A stretch of 61,722 nt of DNA, filler included, from Collodictyon triciliatum (GCA_043381765.1; 6 parts of 6 records of this genome joined end to end with filler, not necessarily neighbours in it); one strand, 5' to 3'. Numbered from the whole stretch's first letter, positions 1 through 13,847 are shown. The notes: generated by a model not told the origin, from the letters alone. Made by a program: numbers and translations.

Positions 1-96
<96 letters not shown>
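1..96. repeat. (AAT)n microsatellite at scaffold start
   Basis: Perfect ATA/AAT trinucleotide run seen directly. Confidence 0.98.
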
Positions 97-3090
97 GCAA
101 TAAAGTTTCTTAAGCAAGGCCTTCGACACATACGGAAGATAAAGTCAGCTGAAAAACAAGGGGGATTCAGCGAGGGCTTGAGGCAACCAGCTTCTCCGCC
201 ACTACAAATGGCCTTCCTCTGTTAAGTTTTATTCGCGGCCCATCGCTGTGACTTCTTGGCTTCTTTGGAGCCTTGCCAACCGCAGCTTTGGCTGTCTCGA
301 TCGCTCGCCTTAGATTCAGAAGGCAGAGACCACAATGCCCATACCTGGAATATAATTATTTTCTTCGCGGGCGACACCAATCCTGCCTGCGCCGCGCTTT
401 TCACCTGCCTGCTTGGCCAATTGTCCGCCTGTGGGGTGTAATCGTGTAGTCAGTGGCGTAAGCAATGTGCAAAACATATGGGTTGACATGTTGTATGTAA
501 GTGGGAAAGAAGGGGGATGGTGTTGGCTCGGTAGGTCAGGCCTCTTTGCACTAAAGAGGATTTTGTTTTGTTCTCATGTTAGAGCGTCAACTCTTGCTGT
601 TGCGAGTGGATGGCAGGTTATGCCAGTGGCCATTTTCCCTTTCATTTCTTCACACGATCAGGCAATCGCCTCTACGTAAGCTCATCTGTCCCGCACTACC
701 TCAAACGTGGTTGGTTGGATGCAGATGGAATCATTCACAAAGGAAAATAGCCAAACATTCCAGAACCTGAGGTTTTGTGACCATTTGCCTTCCACCTTGC
801 CCAGTCGCAGTTGTGCGATGAGTCTTTTCTTTTTTTCCCCCTCTCCCTGAAGTAGGAAAGAAAGGGGGAAGAAAAACTCTTCAGAAGAATATGTTTGATT
901 CTCATTGGTTACCCAACCCCTTCCTGCAGCTGGAAAAGCGGTTGTTCTTGTTTGTCTGCTGTCATGCCAAGTCTATTTTGAATACCCTGTAGGTCACAAA
1001 TGGATGTCAGATAGCTCTTACTTTCCCCCGTTTTACAATTTGTATTTTCAACAGGCTTCACATCAGTCTCTACCGTTTGTGTGTCTAGACAGTCTGGGAT
1101 GATAATACTATTCGTGCTACCACAAACATGCAGACTGTCCCGCCTTTGATGAAACGGAAAAACTGCTCCCAAAGAAAAAAGTCGCTGCGATGATTCGTGA
1201 AGAATCATACACGACAATTCTACAAGTTACCAATCAATCACCACCTCTGAATGATTAATTTTTGCGATGACCAACTAAACGTCGTCCAGTACTAAAGTGA
1301 TCATCCCAATCCCACTGTTTGATCGAATAGACTATGAGGAAAACGAGCTTCCATAAAGCTACACCATAGCGGTATTTCATAGCTATTTCATGTCAATCAG
1401 GAAAGGGTAATAGATAAAGTGCTTGTAATTCCAATGGTGGTTTGTCTGTTGTCGCTTTTACTGCAAATCTCTAGAATGCTATAGAGCGCAGCCTAAATAA
1501 AACCAACAGTCCGATTATCGACAAAATCTTGTCCATTTTGCTCCAAGGAACTATAAACAAGAATCCTGTCCAGATTTATCTCCGCTGGGCCTTACTGCCT
1601 TATATCAATGCAAGATATAAGCCAAAGATTTCCAGCGTTTTTTTTTCGTTTCCCACGAAAGTACATGACCACCGTATCACACACACTTCAACCATGGTGA
1701 AGCATGATATCATTACTGATTTTCTTTCCATGCTAATGCACAGATAACAGACTTCATCAAGGCACACTTCATTACGTGAACGACAAAGAAACTATCCTGA
1801 GATAGTGAAGGCTCACAAAAAAAAAAAATAATTCATGGTGGTGTTGGCTGGGATTAAGAGCGCAAGTGACATCAATGAAGTGCTGAAAAAGACGGACAGT
1901 AAACAGCACTCTGATATTTTCATTTGAGACCATTCAAATAGTTGGATGTTGACACAGAAAAGGCATAGATGCCAAGCCAGTAATAGGGCTTTGAACAAGT
2001 GCCCACTCCCGAAACTGCACAAAAACTTCAACACATTCTGAAAGACACATACCCATGGCATGATTTCCTCCCAACAGACACGGCTCGATGGACAAATGAA
2101 TCCAAACTCTCATGGCTCACCAAGCAGTAGGAGGTGAGTAGACGATAAGAGTGCTAACAAAAGAGAGCTTTTTGGCTGATGCGTGAATCACTTTCAGGAA
2201 AATTTGGAGGCCATAGATATAACCCACTATGATACTGCAGCAAAGAGAGACTGCATCTATTTTTTTTTCAACCCTTTTACATTCTGACATCATACCACAC
2301 CGAGCCAGAAAAAAAAAACACAAGCGTTCATGGATATTACAAAGTTTAAAGTGCTAAGAATGTAAGTATACAAAATTGATTCATAGAAAAAAATACTTAC
2401 AGAGAAGCCAGGCTGCCGACCATGTCTTCGATGAGAGTAGGTTGTATTATCCAAAAAAAAAAGTAAAGCTTGATGAGAGCAATGAATAGAGTCGCCGAGA
2501 ATCGCAGTTGTATACGAGTTTATGCATGAAAATAAAAAAAGCGTTTATAATCAGATATATGTATATATAGAAGTGATAATCATTTCTCTTGACGATAGGC
2601 ATTTTAAGCAATGAAAAACTCTGGCAATTATCGGTATGTGCGATAAGTCTGTGATATTGTATCTCATATCAAAAATATTTAATGATTGTCAATATAATAG
2701 AAACTCCGAGTTTTCTGCTTAGAAAGAGATTTAGGTAGAAAAATATCCAAGGTCACGGAAATGGAGGGTGGGGAATTCCTCGTCAATAGTTCACAAGCTT
2801 CGTATTGTAGTGCTCTTGTAACCGTTTAAACAACTGCATAAGCTTTGGTAGTTCGTATTGACTTTTCTGTGTCTAGACGGAATATGATATTGGGGTTGAG
2901 GGGATAGGACGAAATCCTATTAATTTGATTTGCCTTTCTTCTTTTTCTTGGATGTATGAGCCTCGTAGAATCTACATCAAAAATATGGGTCGAGTTATGG
3001 CATGGACCCATACAATTTGTAATGATGATACACGTAAAAACCTAGATGAACACTATCGAAGAAGAAAATGCGAGTTATTGATTGAGGTGA

Positions 3091-4686
3091 TTACGTAGGA
3101 AAATCTTCTGCTGTCATATTGGTAATATTGAGTTGTGCCTGTGTGTTTCGTGAAATAGGTAACTGCGTGAGTATGTTTTCTTTGTTTTAAAAAAAATGAA
3201 CCGGATAATTGTATTACTATTATTATTTGTCGAGGAAAGATTATGTTGCCACATACGCTTGATAAAAAGTTTTCCTTTGTAACTGAACCGACCAGAGAGA
3301 GAATATCGTCATGATAGGAAATTCTACGCAGAATTATCAATTCATAAAGTATACTTTGAAGTGTTTGTGGATGGAAAAAAAAAGGACAGAAAATATGACT
3401 TCATAGTTTTTTTGATAAGATAAAAGTGTGTGGGCGAAATTTAGACATGGCAGACGAGGATATCATACTTTTGAATGGTAAATTGAACAAAAGATCCCAC
3501 TGGTATGTTCCTTATCAGGTTTGGTTGGAAAGGATTCTCTTTAATGTTGATTGAGGCATTGAATATGTCGAATACAAGTAGCCCGAGGAATCCTTCAGTG
3601 TTTTGAGTCACAGAACCAACTATGTTTGTAGTGTGTTATTAGAGTCATCCTATGACGAGATAATTGGAGAAAAGCCAGACAAAAATGCGTGAATCAACCA
3701 TGCCCAGACACACTAGAATCAGACTATATCATTTGGTATTTTACCTATCACTTCCCCCACCCTAGGAGAGAAAGTAAGTATCCTTGTGTAAACTGGGAAA
3801 TGAATCCAAGGCGTGTCTTCCACAATCAAACCGCACTCGGCGCTTGTCTTCGTATCCCAGAAGCAAACGGGAATTCCATCTAGCGACTCTGAATACCTAA
3901 TAATCCAGTCAAAAATGAGCAAAAAAAAAAAAGCTGAGCAAAAGTAAGATAAACCAATTTCATGAGCACAAGAGAGCCTAAATACGGTAAAGAACAAGTA
4001 AATAATATATAAGAACACGTATATAGGAAAGAAAAAACTCATTTGTCATACGCGTATAGGAGAGGAAAGCATTGAAGGAATGGTGCATATGAGGAGATCA
4101 TGGCAAAGATAACGAATAATAAGTAAATAGTGAAGTTTAGAACAAGAACAAGAACAAACTTCAGCAGCAGTGGATTCAGATGCCTTCTGAAGACCGCGTC
4201 CAACGGCAATGTTGACAAGGATGGATGCATGTGGACCTGCACCTTGGCCTTCAAGACGCGCCAGCAGCCGTTGAAGCTGTCTTCATAAACCGTCCACTCT
4301 ATCGGAGGCGCATCGTTCTCCACATAGCCGTAGTTATCTTTGGAGAAGTCTTGGGTGCTTTCGTTGGGCAGAGACTTGCTCACATCGGCCGAATAATCTT
4401 GCTCCCAGTAGCCACTTTCTTTGCTCGCGGACACAGGCTCTTCTTGGACGTCTGTTTCCGCAGCTGCTTTTTTGCTCTTTTTCTTTTTGCTCTTGTTTTT
4501 CGCTTGTTTTTCCGCATTTTCTGCACCCAGAGAAGGAGAAAGGAACTCGGGCTCTGTGTCGAGAGGCTGGGACTCGGACTCGGCTTTGACGCGCTTTGGA
4601 GGCGCCTCTGCGTTGGCCGAGCCTGTGAGCTTCCGTTGCTTTTGGTCCTTGTCGGATGCCTCCAGGCTGCGCTTCTCTTTCTTCAT
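3091..4686 (-). CDS. RPA43: DNA-directed RNA polymerase I subunit RPA43 (A43/TWISTNB), 5 exons, with Lys/Glu-rich N-terminal extension
   Basis: GT-AG exons ~4686-4160, 3896-3745, 3619-3469, ~3322-3256 and ~3138-3091 splice in frame. They give ...HMHPSLSTLPLDAVFRRHLNPLLLK|YSESLDGIPVCFWD...WIHFPVYTRILTFSPRVGEVI|VGSVTQNTEGFLGLLVFDIFNASI..., matching the RPA43/Rpb7-like pattern (LLxYSxxLxGvP, FxPxxG, GxLVxxxFNASI). Confidence 0.85.
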
Positions 4687-5992
4687 CGCGCTGTGTGTCC
4701 ACGAGCAGGTGGTGGATTTGTTGAGTGGCTGATTGTTGTGAGGTTTCTTCGGTGTTTTTGATGGTTCGATAGCGTCTGGTTGGGCGCTTGCAGAAGAAAC
4801 AAGGCGCCTTGTTGTGGTCGGTGACAAATGCAAAGTGTCTCTACAATTATGGAATTTAAATGTATCAATTGAATTGTGGAGAAATAGTAGCTTGTTTTCT
4901 TTTCTTTTGATTGCAATATGTACCCATTGTTATAGTCTGACGCTCAGTTGTCAAAAGGTATTTCCGTGTTTGAATTCCATACATACAGCGAAGTTAAATC
5001 ACAGAACTAAAAACGCAGGCCACTGACCAACTCACTATCACTGACTTCTTTCCAGTGCTACCCTCTCCACGGTAGTGTCTTCCCCTACTCGCGTTTGCTC
5101 TCTCCCATGCGCTCCCATCCCGCCCCCTTGTATGGCATAACCTCGCTACACTTTGAATCGAATAAAGGGAAAAAAAATCACTGAAGCACGATTGTCGCAG
5201 AATTAAAAAAAAAATTAGGTTTTCTGTGGTTATCGAAGCATAAAACAGCCATGAATCTCTCGGTTCTCAAGGGCGCAGGGATTCCGAAGCCGAAATTAAT
5301 GCGACAAGTTTGTTTAAGATTGAATAGCTCTGCACCCTAAATTCCAAAATGATGTTAGACTTATCTGGCATACCATATTATATTGTTTATGTTACTTTTT
5401 GTGAATATATTTTATGTTTTACTTACAAAAGATGATTAAAATACTTAATGAGGATAGTAAATCCATAAAACAATTTTTTCCAGACATAGATTTACGGTTG
5501 ACAAGAGGGTTGGGAATATTTGAGCGAATTTGGAAAACTGTTCTCTTTCACCGAATGGTTCTGTGAAACATATATACAAACATTTTCTATAACAATCATT
5601 CTAACATAATATATACAGTTAAAATTTGCATTACTGGAATATAAAGAAAAACCCTTGAGCCATCCGGCCTTGGCGCGAAAGAAAATCCAGAGCTGGCATC
5701 TATGTGCTTTACTCATGGCGAAATGCGACAATGAAAATAATCAAAGAGACCAAAGCACTAGGAGTTTTTTTTGTTTGCCACGTTGCGGTCATTCGAGTTG
5801 CAGACGGGCGCGTAGTACCCATAAACCCGTGGCTCATGTGTTAGTGGAGGAAGATCAAATCATGGCGCAGAAGTGTATCGATAGTATAACCCAGTTTTTT
5901 TTTCCGCTTTTTTTTATTTATTAGAGTTTTCCGATTCTTTTGTCTGACTGGCTGGTTGATTGATTGTTAGGAGAGACAGATTAGCCGGCAGG

Positions 5993-8900
5993 ATGGGGGA
6001 CGAGTTAAGCAACTCCTTCCTCTGGATTCCAATTTTTTCTGGGTTTTTTGCCTTCGTCATGGCCTTCGGTATCGGAGCTAACGACTTTGCCAATTCCTTT
6101 GCTACGTCCATTGGTTCTCAGACTCTTTCACTTCGCACATCCGTGAGTATTATCTCTGGATATCTTTATAACTCTTTGAGAGATTGCCAGATACCGAGCA
6201 AGCATTGAGCTTCAAGTCTAGCAAAGCTTTTCTTTCTTTCTTTTTTTTTTAATTTTTTTGTTATTATTATGGTTATTGTTTTTAAACTCTACGGTTCATT
6301 CATTTTCTACATAGAGAAAGTCAAGTAACCAACGTATTTTGAAAAAAAGATTATCATGGCATCTATTTGCGAGTTTGTTGGTGCGATTCTCATGGGCGCC
6401 AGGGTATCCGAGACAGTGAGAGACAAAATTTTGGATATCAACCAATTTGAGGACGACCCAGAGGTTCCTTTTCACACAAATGATAAAATGATGTGTATTC
6501 CTTCTTTTCTTTCTCATAAAGATGCAAAAATTAAAATTGGACTCTATTTACAAAAGAAAACAAGAATCAAACAAATGGAAAACAGAATGAAAGAATAATA
6601 TCATTTCACAAAGGATTTTAGATTTTAGATTACATTTAAACTTTGACCTGTTTCAGGTTTTGATGTTCATCATGTTTTGTGCTTTGGTCTCTGCGAGTTC
6701 CTGGCTTATCATTGCGAGTCACCTTGGTATGCCAGTCTCCACTACCCATGCCATCGTTAGTGCAATAGCCGGCGCTGGTTTGGCTGCCCAAGGTCGTGAG
6801 GCAGTCGGCTGGTCCGTCATTGGTGAAATCGTACTATCATGGATTATCACCCCGTTAATATCGGGAATTCTTTCATACCTTGCATTCTTTGCTGCAAGAA
6901 AATACATACTGCAGAGGCAAAACTCAGTTTTACTGGCTTATTACTCTCTGCCGTTTTTGACCTTTTTTGTTTTTTTCATTCACACCTTCTTCATCATATA
7001 TGAAGTAAGTTTGAATGATACATTCTCAAATGAATGCGACATAGATAAAGATGAATTATTTTGACACCTATTTTTTGCTGTTCAAATAGATAAAAAAAAT
7101 TAACTGATACAGGGTTCACCACACTTTGAGCTGGAAAATACTCCAGCTGGAACTGCAGTTGGTGTTGCATTTGCTATTGGGATTGGAACGGCCATTGCGT
7201 CATATTTTATTGGAAGAAAGTATGTTGCTCCCTTGTTCTTGCTCTGATATGTGCCATTAATGAGCTTCAATCAACACATACTTTGAAATTTCTCTAATGG
7301 TATATAATTCACGAAAATGGTTCATGAATTCATAAAATCTTACAGGTACATTCTCCCAGACATAAGCACCTATAACAAATCATACGATGTACCCGAGAGC
7401 GGCTCCATTATAATGAAGGCGGTAATATTTTTTATTCTTTTTTGCAACATGTTGTGTATAGAAGATTTCAAAATGTATTTCAGTCCTGAATTATTTTTTG
7501 TAACCTGCAAGAACCTTACATGATTAGAAAGGTGAAAAGGAAGAGTCTAACGCCGGGCATTTGTCTCCATCTCATTCCTTGGCTAGAGACTTTGTTGGTC
7601 ACTCGATACATTTTCAGAATTTCAATTAGAATTACATGTAGATGGTTACGTTTGAATTAATTTCGTCATCTCAATTTATTTTTTTTAAAAAAAAAACTGC
7701 TTGGGTGCCTTCGTATATTTAGAATGACGACCCACAAACCTACTGGTTACCTGCTGGATTTAAACTTGTAATGCGCTTATAGTTTGTAGATTGCTCGCAT
7801 GTCAAAGCGTTCTATCTTAGAGGAATGTGTATTACGCTTGTTACTTTGTGAATTATTCTGATTAATATATATTTAGGAACTTCCAAACGAAGATATCTAC
7901 GAAAAGAGTTTGACTGATTTAACAGTTCATGACATACATGACAACACAGAGAAATTCCATCCTGGAGCTGAAAGGATGTTTTCGTACATGCAGGTCTTAA
8001 ATCAATCATTAGAGAATACTTATAAATATAAACCTACCCCTAACCACATTTTGGCTGCCATGAATTCTTCTGTACATAGATTATTACCGCTGTCTTTGAT
8101 TCTTTTGCTCATGGAGCGAACGATGTTGCAAATAGCGCGGGCCCGCTGGCAGCCGCCGTCGAAATTTACAGGAATGGTTCAATCAACTCCGAAACCGATA
8201 TTGATGCCTGGATTCTGGTTATTGGTGAAGTTCATCTATATTTCTCATTAACGTGCTCTGTATGTTTCAACAGGGCACGAAAAAAAAACGATTCACTTGA
8301 CTGTTAAAATAATTTTAAAAGTATAGTTCTTTCATATATTTGTCATGTAAATATTTTTCATTCGCTACTGAGGGTCACAATAGATACCTCATCAATATTT
8401 TTTTCTGCTCTGATATTTGAATTTTTTTTAGGTGCTTTCGGAATGGTTGCTGGACTTACTTTTTACGGCTCCAAGGTCATCGCATCAATCGGTGTCAAGC
8501 TGGTTAAAGTTACCCCTTCAAGGTTGATACACCCGCAAATAGTTAATTTGATTGGGAAAACTTTTGCCTTCAAGATTTCTATACCAAGGCCATGTAAAAA
8601 AAAAAAAACTTTACCATTTACGTCGATAAAATGCTTGCGCCATTTCTTTTTAAAAAAAAGAATGTTTACATATACTTGTAGAGGGTTTTTCATTGAATTG
8701 GTATCTGCTTTGGTTGTCGTCGTATCGAGCCAGCTCCATCTCCCTGTCAGCACTACTTATTGCCAAGTTTATTTTAATTTACAAAATAAGAATCAATATT
8801 ATATAGAATCGGAAATGTAATTTTCTTGGAGAAATAACACCGTTTGGATGGTTTTGAAGTTGCAATGTTTTTCCTGTGCGACTCAGGTTGGCTCAACAGT

Positions 8901-9170
8901 TGGCGTGGGAATGGCGAACAGTCTTAATTCCGTCCACTGGCGCCTGATGTTTGATGTAATAAACTTTTCATTACCATCCTGTCTGTGTGAATCAAAGAAT
9001 CTGCCGTCGAGAATAAAGGCAATATTTTATATTGTCTGACTAAGTTATTAAATTAAGTAAATGTTGCATCCTGGTAGGTTCTTATGAGCTGGATTATCAC
9101 GATTGTATTCAGTTCCTTCTTCGCAGGAGTGATATTTTCCTTTGGATATTACACTCCATCATACAAATGA
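5993..9170 (+). CDS. PiT/SLC20 (Pho89/PHO4-family) inorganic phosphate transporter, multi-exon
   Basis: Both family signatures are present: GIGANDFANS (exon 1) and FAHGANDVANS (~8105-8135). Two PVSTT motifs (GMPVSTTH, HLPVSTTY) and many hydrophobic helices. ATG 5993, TGA 9168-9170. Exons of the central loop are not fully resolved. Confidence 0.93.
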
Positions 9171-10315
9171 AGGTATTCGCTCAGGACTCTGCCTTCGGGG
9201 ATGAATAGCTCTGACTTATTTTGCTGAAATCATGCCAACCCCTCGAAGAAAAAACAATATCGAAAACAAATTTACGTGCTACTTAAAAATAAGTAAAATA
9301 AAAATCATAGCAGAGATAGTTAATGACCATTACCAAAAAAAACAAAAAAGCGTATATCATAGAATATTTTGGGAGGAACAGTTGGTTTTATTTTTTTTTT
9401 CTTACAAGGTCAATTAATATGTTGAGATATAATTTTTTCGGAAGTTAAAAAATACGCAGAATAAAACTCGCTCTCACTATGTTGCAGAAAGAATCATCAT
9501 ATCTCCACTGAAACGGTTTTCTTTTTTTTTTTTTGGTATGGTGGAAAGAATCATTGTCATCATCATCATATTTCAATAGCTTCATTATTTTCTGGGATTT
9601 ACTCTGGACCAAAGATTATAGGTACTGAAGAATGCAACCATATAATATTCCCCTCTGTGCCGAGTCCCATAACAATATTTTACCTGGATACGAATTAGTC
9701 AACACTTGAATAAAAAAAAAAAAACTATCCAGACAACTGCAGAAGCAATAAACGAGCTCCTTCGTGTGCGCCCAGCTGTGCGTTTGGTGCGGTTGTTGCG
9801 CTCGCCGGATTACCGAAAGCAGACGATTTGTGATGTCGATTCGACTCAATACCAATTAGTAGTTCTTAAATATTCAACTTTATTATACTTATATATCATG
9901 ATACTTCTTATTCTAATATACAGGATTTTGGAAACTTAATGATTTCATTTCTCGTATTTGCAATATTTTCCGTATTTGTATTTCGTTTCTGGAAAATGAC
10001 CACGTTCTTGTTTTCATCCAAGGTTTTTGACCTTTGTTCAATCAACCCTTAAGAACTGTGCGACTTTCTCCAGAGATCAAGCGTGAGCGCACATCAACAG
10101 ATCACTTCGCATATTCGTTGTTTGTAAACTGTTTTCTTCTCGAGCGAGTAACAATGAGCTCAAAGAAACACGGGCGCCATACTGCTTTCTGCAAAGTCCC
10201 GTTTCTCCAAAGATGAGTCAGAACTCTTGGTTTGCATAGTCGTGGTGATTGTTTTGATAATCAAGTCTTGACAAAAGCCTCGCCACGAGACACGCAGCGC
10301 ATTCCAAACGGAAGA

Positions 10316-13300
10316 ATGGATCGGATGGAAAAGTTTCTCCACAAAACCTTTGAGCAGACAAAGGATATCGCCCGTGGTGTGACGGAGGAGATGCAAAAGA
10401 CTCTGGAGCAGACAAAAGGCCTGACGAAGGATTTTCTCGAGAAGTTTAACCTTTCGGCCTCTCAATTCCTCGGCAAAACGGTGGAGATTGAAGGAAAGCG
10501 ACTGCGGATCAAGGTTTGAAGAGGTTTTCTCGATGTTCCTTGGTTTTTTTTTCTTTCATTTTGCGAGAGTTGTGTGGATCCTGAAGCATATTTCCTTCTT
10601 TGCATCGCGTACCTTCTAACCTTACATCACTGATAATGTGTCTTTCTTATCTAAAATCTGCTCTTGTTGCCCAAACCGTCGGTCTCATATTACAGGAACT
10701 AGTTGGCGAAGGTATGTTGCTGTCTCCTTTGAATTTTTCGTGTCAACAATTGACTGAATGCTATCCTCCCATTTTATTGTCCTCTCTTAGTTCTTTTACT
10801 CTTGACTAATATTGCGGATTACAATCCGCTTTTATCCCTTTTATGACCAAACAATTAACTCACTTATTTATTACTATTATTATTTTAAAAAAAGGTGGAT
10901 TTGGATTTGTATTCCTCTGTCAAGAATTCACAACAAACGAGCAATTCATCATGAAGAGAGTATATGCCCAGGACCCACAATCCATGGAGTCTGTTGAGAT
11001 GGAAATACGCATTCTGGTAAAAAAAAAAAAAAAAAGAAGAAGAAGAAGAAAAAGATAATCATTATTCGATTTGTAGAATGCATCTTTTTTTATGTTTATC
11101 TGGCATTCCGCGGACTAGCGAAGCCTGCCATTTTATGAATTATCTTTGGCCTTCATGGTGACTCAATCTCATTCATGTTTCGAGTATCATTTGAATCATG
11201 ATAACTCACCCTTCCAAGAGACACTTTGTTGTCTGTACTGGTCTTGACAAAAAAAAATAATTGTGCAGGAGACACTTCCGCCACATGAGAATGTGGTTCA
11301 CTACTTTGGCTCGCAAAAGGTTTCTCTGGGCAAAAACACTTTTGAGTATACTATTCTACTTGAATATTGCTCAGGTACGAGTTTGGATTTTGACATTCTC
11401 ACACTAACAGGGTATTATTGTCTATGAACAATCAACTGCCAATTAGCATCATTGTGATTACCATTTCATAAATCATCTATCGTGATAAATACATCTGTAC
11501 GAGTAAAATTTCTGGATTCTATGTGTAATGAGAGCTCAAAAGAAACTCACTACTTTCACAGGAGGCTCTTTGTTTGATCTCGTCAACAGTTGGTCTCGCA
11601 ATTCTCAGAGGCCCTCGGAAACACAAATCACAACCTATTTCAAAGAAATTTGCCGAGCTGTCAACCATTTACACACCCGCTCTCCTCCCATAGCCCATCG
11701 TGACTTGAAAGTACTCTTTCTTTTCTTTTTTTCCTTCTATTTGTTGAGTAATCAACCTACCACCACGTATCTGACTGAGTGTTTCGAAAGATTTTTTCCC
11801 TTTATTTGATTCAAAATTTTCAAGAAAAATTCATTTTCTCATTTAATTTACCAATCTCATTCCCGCATTATTACTTTTTAGTTGGAGAATGTATTGCTGG
11901 ACCAAGCAGGAAAATGCAAGCTGATCGACTTTGGGAGCTGCACCTCACGAGCCAAGGTTTACGAGACGAGGCAGGATATGGAGAACGAAGAAGAGATAAT
12001 CCAAAAGTACACTCGCCGTCTAATTTACAATAATTCCAATATCACTATTCACACTGCTTTCTTTAAGATCTGTGGAATCAAATCACAGAAAATAATACTA
12101 TGACAAAAAAAATTTTATCGTCACCCAGAACAACAACTCTGATTTATCGCGCCCCTGAGATGGTTGATCTCTACCGAAAACAGCTTATTAACGAAAAAGT
12201 GGACGTGTGGGTAAGTGCACCTTGTATTTTGCATAATTCAGGCAGCAATCAATTCAATCAATAATATGACTTTAATCTTATGTAATGACATCAACCACAC
12301 AAAGGCTCTTGGCTGCATCCTCTACACCATGGCCTATCAGAGGCATCCCTTCCAAAACGGAACCAATCTGCAAATCTTGAACGCAAACGTAGTCATCCCG
12401 GACCAACCGTCCTTCTCCCCGCGCTTCATCTCTATTTTGCAGTCGATGTTCACACCAAACCCCACACAGCGTCCGTCTGTCAGCCGCATCCTTTCTCAAT
12501 TCGATGACTCATCGCCCGTCACTGCCCCCACTGCTTCCTTCACTCCACCCCAAAACGCCCCAACAAACATTTCAGATACGAGACGGACGCATTCCCGAAC
12601 CGCGTCGGCTCCCAACGAAACAAAACGCTCGCATTCCCGAACCACATCATCCTCTCACGAACAACAGGCACAATCACAATCACAATCACAATCACCGGCC
12701 ACGCAACAGACCGCCATCAAAACCGCACCCCCAGTCGACTTACTTGGCGACCTCGACTCCCAATTTGCAAGCCTGTCTACAAAACCCACTGCCCAGCCTT
12801 TGCAAAGCTGGGATCCGTTTGCAAACACGCAGCCCACAAACCAGCCCTCGAAAACATCTTCATCTTTTGATCCTTTTGGCCCATCTGATTTCTTCGCCCA
12901 GCCGAGCCCCAACACAAACGCCGCCCCATCTTCCCAATCATTAAATGCATCCTGGGCTGCCGACTTTGCTGTCCTCTCACCTCAGCAGACTCACTTGAAG
13001 TCTCCCCCTCAGGCTTCACAGTCTGTATACCCCGCTCCAAATCCTGCGCCTGCTTTCCAACCCAGCTTTGCACACGTCTCTGCTCCGAATTCGTGGGCCA
13101 ATCCTCAGGCGCAATCACAATCACAGCCACAGGCGGTTTATGCAACCAACCAACGACCGCAGCCGCTCGGGTACCCGTCCAGCACCCAGCCTTTCCAGCA
13201 GCGAGCAGTCTACCCAAACTCTACCCAGACTACGCTGGGATTCCAAAGCACGCAGACTCCGGCTGCAGGAAAGACGACAGGCTCTGCGACGACGACTCCG

Positions 13301-13444
13301 AAGAAGGCTTCATCTCCGTTTGATTTGGTGGACCCGTTTGCAACAAAGGCAGGTGCCGCGCAAGGAGCAAACGCCGGCGGTAATGCAGGAAATTCGTCGT
13401 TTTCATCTCTTGGGGCAGACGACTTGAGTTTCTTTGAAAAGTGA
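10316..13444 (+). CDS. NAK-family Ser/Thr kinase (AAK1/GAK/Ark1-Prk1-like), 8 exons, with low-complexity endocytic tail
   Basis: Spliced exons give GEGGFGFV, MKR, HENVVHY, ILLEYCSGGSL, PPIAHRDLKLENVLL, KLIDFGS, TTLIYRAPEMVDLY and INEKVDVWALGCILY, all typical of NAK kinases. The P/Q/S/T-rich tail carries WDPF, FDPF, VDPF and DLL motifs. Confidence 0.93.
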
Positions 13445-13495
13445 CAGCCATAAAAGGGACTAGAAAGCGCGTGATTTCATGATAATTGTATATTA

Positions 13496-13611
13496 TGTAT
13501 GTATGTATGTATGTATGTATGTATGTATGTATGTATGTATGTATGTATGTATGTATGTATGTATGTATGTATGTATGTATGTATGTATGTATGTATGTAT
13601 GTATGTATGTA
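13496..13611. repeat. (GTAT)n microsatellite at scaffold end
   Basis: Perfect tetranucleotide run. Confidence 0.98.
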
Positions 13612-13711
13612 NNNNNNNNNNNNNNNNNNNNNNNNNNNNNNNNNNNNNNNNNNNNTTAATTAATTAANNNNNNNNNNNNNNNNNNNNNNNNNNNNNNNNN
13701 NNNNNNNNNNN
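13612..13711. other. Artificial assembly spacer (44N + TTAATTAATTAA + 44N)
   Basis: 12-mer with stops in all six frames, flanked by N runs; total 100 nt. Confidence 0.97.
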
Positions 13712-13835
13712 AGTGAGTGAGTGAGTGAGAGAGTGAGAGAGTGAGAGTGAGAGAGTGAGAGAGTGAGAGAGTGAGAGAGTGAGAGAGTGAGAGAGTGAGA
13801 GAGTGAGAGAGTCAGTGAGTCAGTGAGTCAGTGAT
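13712..13835. repeat. (GAGT/GAGAGTGA)n microsatellite
   Basis: Seen directly at the scaffold start. Confidence 0.95.
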
Positions 13836-13847
13836 TCAGTCATTATT

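Noticed and set aside
13479-13667. Low-complexity ORFs (MYVC, poly-K/E/R, poly-F, poly-C, poly-L, poly-T), here and at 27357, 41065, 42020, 43939, 49195, 50381, 54549 and 57018
   Set aside because: They are translations of microsatellites or homopolymer tracts, mostly intronic or at scaffold ends.
13612-13711. TTAATTAATTAA palindrome recurring five times as a possible biological motif
   Set aside because: It is always centred in a 100-nt N spacer; it is a synthetic six-frame stop linker.
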